DNA of 64,000 nucleotides from Entomortierella parvispora E1425 (Eukaryota; Fungi; Mortierellomycota): NCBI GenBank assembly GCA_020891255.1, contig BQFW01000008.1, positions 1,798,001 to 1,862,000 of the forward strand, read 5' to 3'. Shown piece by piece: positions 59,598 to 64,000 of this stretch (position 1 is its first letter; each line of letters starts with the position of its first letter). The notes under the pieces were generated by a model. It saw only the letters and a program-made list of their open reading frames with translations, ran no database searches and was not told where the DNA came from. The position numbers and the translations under genes were made by a program.

Positions 59598-60053
59598 TTT
59601 TTTTGTTGTTTTTTGTTAGTATGAGATGTCGCGTGGGTATGTTTTTGAGAGGCGAGTGAGTGGTTAGAGAACAAAGAGAGTCGGGTCAGTCCGCTTCGAC
59701 CACTCCCTTGTTATTTCATCGCCCAAAAGTACACAGATCGGATAAACAACCTCTCGGTTGACAAGGACCAGTTAGAGTTGTGGCGCCATAGCAGATCATC
59801 TCCCTGACGGGGACACAAACAAAGTCATGAAAAGAGAAACTAGCACAGAACCAACGCGACTGGGATCGTAACGCGCATCATCGGTGGGATTGTCGGAGTA
59901 GCCGAGTACAACTACGCCTCAAGGTTGGGAAGATGCTGGTAATACACAGCAAACCATTTATTGAGATCCCCGGATTGGGCGCCATGTTCGCCACCCGCGA
60001 TCTGCTCATCCATCCATAGACTACTGTCGAATAGACCATGACAAACTTCGTCA

Positions 60054-62733
60054 CTATCCCTCCTCTCCCTCTATGGCCCCTTCCGGAATGGCTAACTTAC
60101 GGCGATATCTCATTAAAAAGATCCAAAGTGTGGCGCAAAATGCCGAGAGGGTGAACATGCCTCCGGAGTACATGATCACAGGCAGATAGGTCATCCTAGG
60201 CTTGGTCATCTCTAGGATCTGTCCACTGATTAACGTGCCACATAAAAGGGCTGCACAGCAAAGTCCATACACTATTCCTAGGACACTCGACACTTGAGCA
60301 GGGCCTATCATGAACGGAAAAAAAATGAGCGTCTATGGTTGCAACATTAGATTCCTTTTTTCCTTTTCTTCTCTGTTACCATAATAGTCAGCCACCATCA
60401 CAGGTGTTACGGTGCATGTGCCAGAAAACGATATACCATAGACAATGGCAAAGAGCATGTATACGGGGAAGGTCTTTGAAAGAGTCCAAATCACCAGGAT
60501 CGATAGAGCGCTGGTCCACGCACACACTAACAAGACCACATCTGTAACGATTATATCTGCCAAGATTCCAGACAAGATCCTCGCCGCGAATGATGCCCCG
60601 TTAAACCAGCCATTAATTAAAGCACCCATTTGTTTGGATAAACCAATGTGGGTGCTGTACACTACGATGAAGTCATGGATCTTTTCTCGTCAGCGCGGGG
60701 CCTCAACCATTTTAAAGCTACCCACAATATTACAAAAAAAAACTTACGCTCCATGAAGTATATTGGGGTAAGATAGGCCATTGACACCAGGAATTGAAAG
60801 ACGACCAGCATCGCAAAGACCCATTCTTTTGAAAAGGCTGGGATCCGGAAGGTGGAGTTTGTCTGGGATCTCTGTCTTCTCAGCTTCACCATTTTTTTCT
60901 CCTCTTCAGACAGATCAGGCTCGAAAAGGAAAAGTGCGGCGCCACCACTTTTTTTAACATTCTGTTAGTTTTTTTTTACAAGGCTGAGAATATCCGTTAC
61001 AAAGGTGCAGGTCAGTTTCCCCCTTACCAAAATACAATACAATAGATACCAAGGACACGCAGTGTCCATTGCAGACCCAGGCGGTCGACTAGATACTGAG
61101 AAAGAGGGGCCAAATAGAATCCGCCCAGTCCTGAGCCTGAGGCAGAAATGCCCATGGCCAGACCTCGTTTCCGCTTGAACCAATGCGTCGGCGCGGCAAT
61201 AGATGAAAAGTAGGCAAGAGAAGCCCCAATACCATAGAGGATGCCCTGTGAAAAATAATAGTGCCAGAGCTGTCACCACCGAACGGGGTGAGTCCGTCCT
61301 TAGTTGATTAGATCATGAGAATATCCCAGGAAGAGGACTCGAAATGATTGCAATGGTCTATGACTTTTTACCTGTGTTGAAAACGATGCCAGGAAGAGTG
61401 ACAACGTCATGATGATTGCGCCAGCACAGGCCGTGACCCTGTAACCCCACCGATCCGAACAAGTTCCCGCCAAAAACCCGACTGTATAGGTCGAGGATGT
61501 TCCAATGGTTCCTATCAGGGCTATAGACGACGGGCTTGCGCCAGGAAACATCAAGGAGTACTCTTGTTCAAAGACGCCAAAGATGAACTCTGTCGGTGCA
61601 AAGGTGAATGTTTGGATCAGGACTGACGCCAAAACAACTGTCCAGGCTTTCCATCCTCCATCGGGCGGATCTGGTAGATATAAGGAGATGTCATGAGGGG
61701 AAGGGGAAACGGGCCTTCGATCCTGTTCCTTTTGACTAAGCGCCCCAAGTAACCTATGCCTTCTTTGACTCTTCTGAGTGGAATCACTGTATAGACTGGA
61801 GGTTTTTTGTGACCCTCTTAAACCCGCAGTAGTGATCACCAGAGTTGACGAGGAAGGGTGGAGGTAGTCGTTATTGAGGTTGTTGTTGAGGTTGTCGTTA
61901 TACTGATCGAGGGTGGTAACGTGCCGCTGACAAGACGACGGATCAAGATCGCTGGGGTGACGGTGGTGAGTTCGAATGTCATGCTGCGAGATGCTATTGT
62001 CACCGTCGTCTTCATTGTAGCTCTCCTGCGCAAAAGAGTGAGAGTGATGGTGCCCCTCTGGACTTACGGAGGGACTGAGCTGGACCTGAGGCAACGTGTT
62101 ATCGGACGAAAAGAGGGTACTGACAGTGGCAGGATGAGAAGAGCAAAGACATGCAAGAGAAGACGACATGACTCGTTGGTTGTCTGACTGGTCTCCACTG
62201 CCCCTGAGCTCGCTATGGAGATCGAATGCGCAGGGTGCCAGAGAAGAACTGTTTACAGAGCAATGAGTGGACGAGGGATCGGTGGAGGAGTGTGGAGGAA
62301 AAGTAAAAGATAATTCTGAATATGGTTGGCTGTCCTGCATGGATCGCGGAATCGCATTGTCAGGAGAACTATGTCGGGTTCCCAAGTCCACATCCACGAG
62401 GGGAGAGTCCTCTAGCTGAGCTGTTGATGACAGGTTGGGGGTCCTGGTATTGATGGGGATGGCCTCCTTTAGAGCTTGTTGTGTCCCCGTCTTTCTGGTA
62501 GGGTGATCCACTTCCACATTAGGTGGGGCCAGCTCGGAATCGCGCGCGCGAATGTTTTCTGTCTGATCGGAAGGTCGAGTCCTACCAACGTCCAGGACGG
62601 CAACACCAGGGTGGTGGTTAAAGTGCCCAGAAATGGTGGCTCTCTCAGAGAATGTGCGTGTGTCAAACAAGGGAGAATCGCTATCGCCTGTGGCGATTGT
62701 CCTTGCGGCGTCTTTTGGCTGCCTAGCGCTCAT
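60054..62733 (-). CDS. MFS monocarboxylate transporter family, copy 3, five exons, very long N-terminal extension
   Basis: PDPPDGGWKAWTVVLAS; SDRWGYR; SQGILYGIG; HWFKRKRGLAMGISASGSGLGG; same intron positions. Confidence 0.9.
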
Positions 62734-63404
62734 TTGCAATAGTAGAGAAAGGAAAAAAAAAATACGGAGAAAAAAATGTGAATGAGAAAGGGTATCTCAC
62801 TTCTTATAAAACCCCATAGTCCAACGGTCAAGAAATAAAAAAAGCTGTCCGGTAGAATATCCGAGAGTTCCGTTCCCAGTCTGGCTTGATCTTGGACGCA
62901 AGCAAGGACAGGATTGACCATGGTCGCAAACAGTAACAAAATGGAATGTGCGCTGCGGTCGCTTTTCCCTTCAAACTTCCTATTCATCTAAAACAGTAAG
63001 CGTTGGCGAAAGCGCTCGCAAATGGCAACAGCCTGGCGACCGATCGTCGGCAAGGAGCTGTACTTGAGAGATTTTTCTTTTGTACGACAACTGCATCATT
63101 GTTCTATTCCGCGAGTTGTTTCCATAGGTCATTCACATCCGTGGTAAAAAATAATGTAAAGAGGGGGTATGCTTTATTTATTGCAGACTGAACATGCTGA
63201 ATGTGGGGGGGGGGGGGAGGGGAATGAATATGCAAAAGGCGGATGCGCAGGATGTGTTGTCTTCTAGATGCAGGGTATATGGGGGGTTTGGATCTATGTA
63301 TATGCAATCGACGGGGAGAGTCGATTGCAGAAAACCGAGATACTCCAGAGAGATGGACTGAACCACCTCATTGGATGTTCCGACTTTTTTTTTGTGAGGA
63401 GTAT

Positions 63405-63959
63405 TTACGAGAGATGAACCACGGCTGTGGAAGGATCCTCGGGGGCCAAAGCTGCCTCTCTCTTGGTGCGCTTGTCAAGACGTCTGAAAAAGACCCAGGC
63501 GGAGATGCAGATTGCGCCCACAAGCAAGGTACCACCCGAGGTCATGATCACAGGCAGGTACGTGATGTTAGGCTTGGTCGCGTCCAAGATCATACCCGCA
63601 ACGGGAGCACCAGCCAACATGCCCACACCACTGGCCGCGTACATGAATCCGATAACGGTCGAGAGCTGCTGAGAACCAAAAGTCTCGGACAAGACCAAGG
63701 GAACCAGGGAAACGTAACCACCAGCAAAGAATCCATAAACAAGAGCAAAGAGGAGGTAGACACCGAACGACTTCGAAAGCGTCCAGATGATCAGGATCGA
63801 GCCTGCAGTCATCCAGGCACAGAAGCTGACAACCACCGTCTTTGGAAGGCGATCGGCGGCAAAGCCAAGCGCAATTCTACCAAGGCAAGATGCACCGCTG
63901 GAGAGACCAGCGATCAAGGCACCATTCGAAGCAGTGAGGCCGATGAAGATACTGTAAGC
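63405..63959 (-). CDS. MFS monocarboxylate transporter family, copy 4, last exon only (rest lies beyond the window)
   Basis: AYSIFIGL; GRIALGFAADRL; YGFFAGGYVSLVP; GAPVAGMILD; CAG acceptor at ~63960. Confidence 0.85.
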   Translation of the reverse strand, partial: AYSIFIGLTASNGALIAGLSSGASCLGRIALGFAADRLPKTVVVSFCAWMTAGSILIIWTLSKSFGVYLLFALVYGFFAGGYVSLVPLVLSETFGSQQLSTVIGFMYAASGVGMLAGAPVAGMILDATKPNITYLPVIMTSGGTLLVGAICISAWVFFRRLDKRTKREAALAPEDPSTAVVHLS

Positions 63960-64000
63960 TGTAGACAAAAAAAAAAAAAAATAAGGATCTAGATGGCAAC

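Noticed and set aside
63243-63992. 249-aa plus-strand ORF
   Set aside because: Antisense to transporter copy 4.
1-64000. tRNA, rRNA, CRISPR, transposon or telomere signals
   Set aside because: No T-loop/cloverleaf, regularly spaced repeat array, transposase/RT motif, terminal repeats or telomeric repeats seen by eye; a dedicated scan was not possible.

Overview
Intron-rich, gene-dense eukaryotic DNA from a fungus, most likely Mortierellaceae (Mucoromycota); this is inferred from intron style and from the kelch-TM, FAD-monooxygenase, PDRG1 and HEN1 gene content. All gene models were spliced by hand from GT..AG boundaries. Housekeeping block, left to right: ADE6 (5'-truncated), an amino-acid transporter, PTR2, a DH-only RhoGEF, ARG1, ROK1, DBP6, RPN8, a Cys/Thr-rich secreted protein, HEN1 and AP-3 sigma. 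An accessory stretch follows (~33.7-45 kb): an FAD monooxygenase, a kelch-repeat type I membrane protein, decayed gene remnants, and three related genes of unknown family (one disrupted secreted copy, two intact leaderless paralogs) that may have a Cyt/volvatoxin-like toxin fold. Then come myosin I, PDRG1, an ankyrin protein and a tandem array of at least four MCT-type MFS transporters running off the right edge. No tRNA, rRNA, CRISPR array or recognisable transposon was found. The best candidate for an undescribed system is the 40.4-44.1 kb cluster; its fold assignment is a by-eye hypothesis, not a search result.
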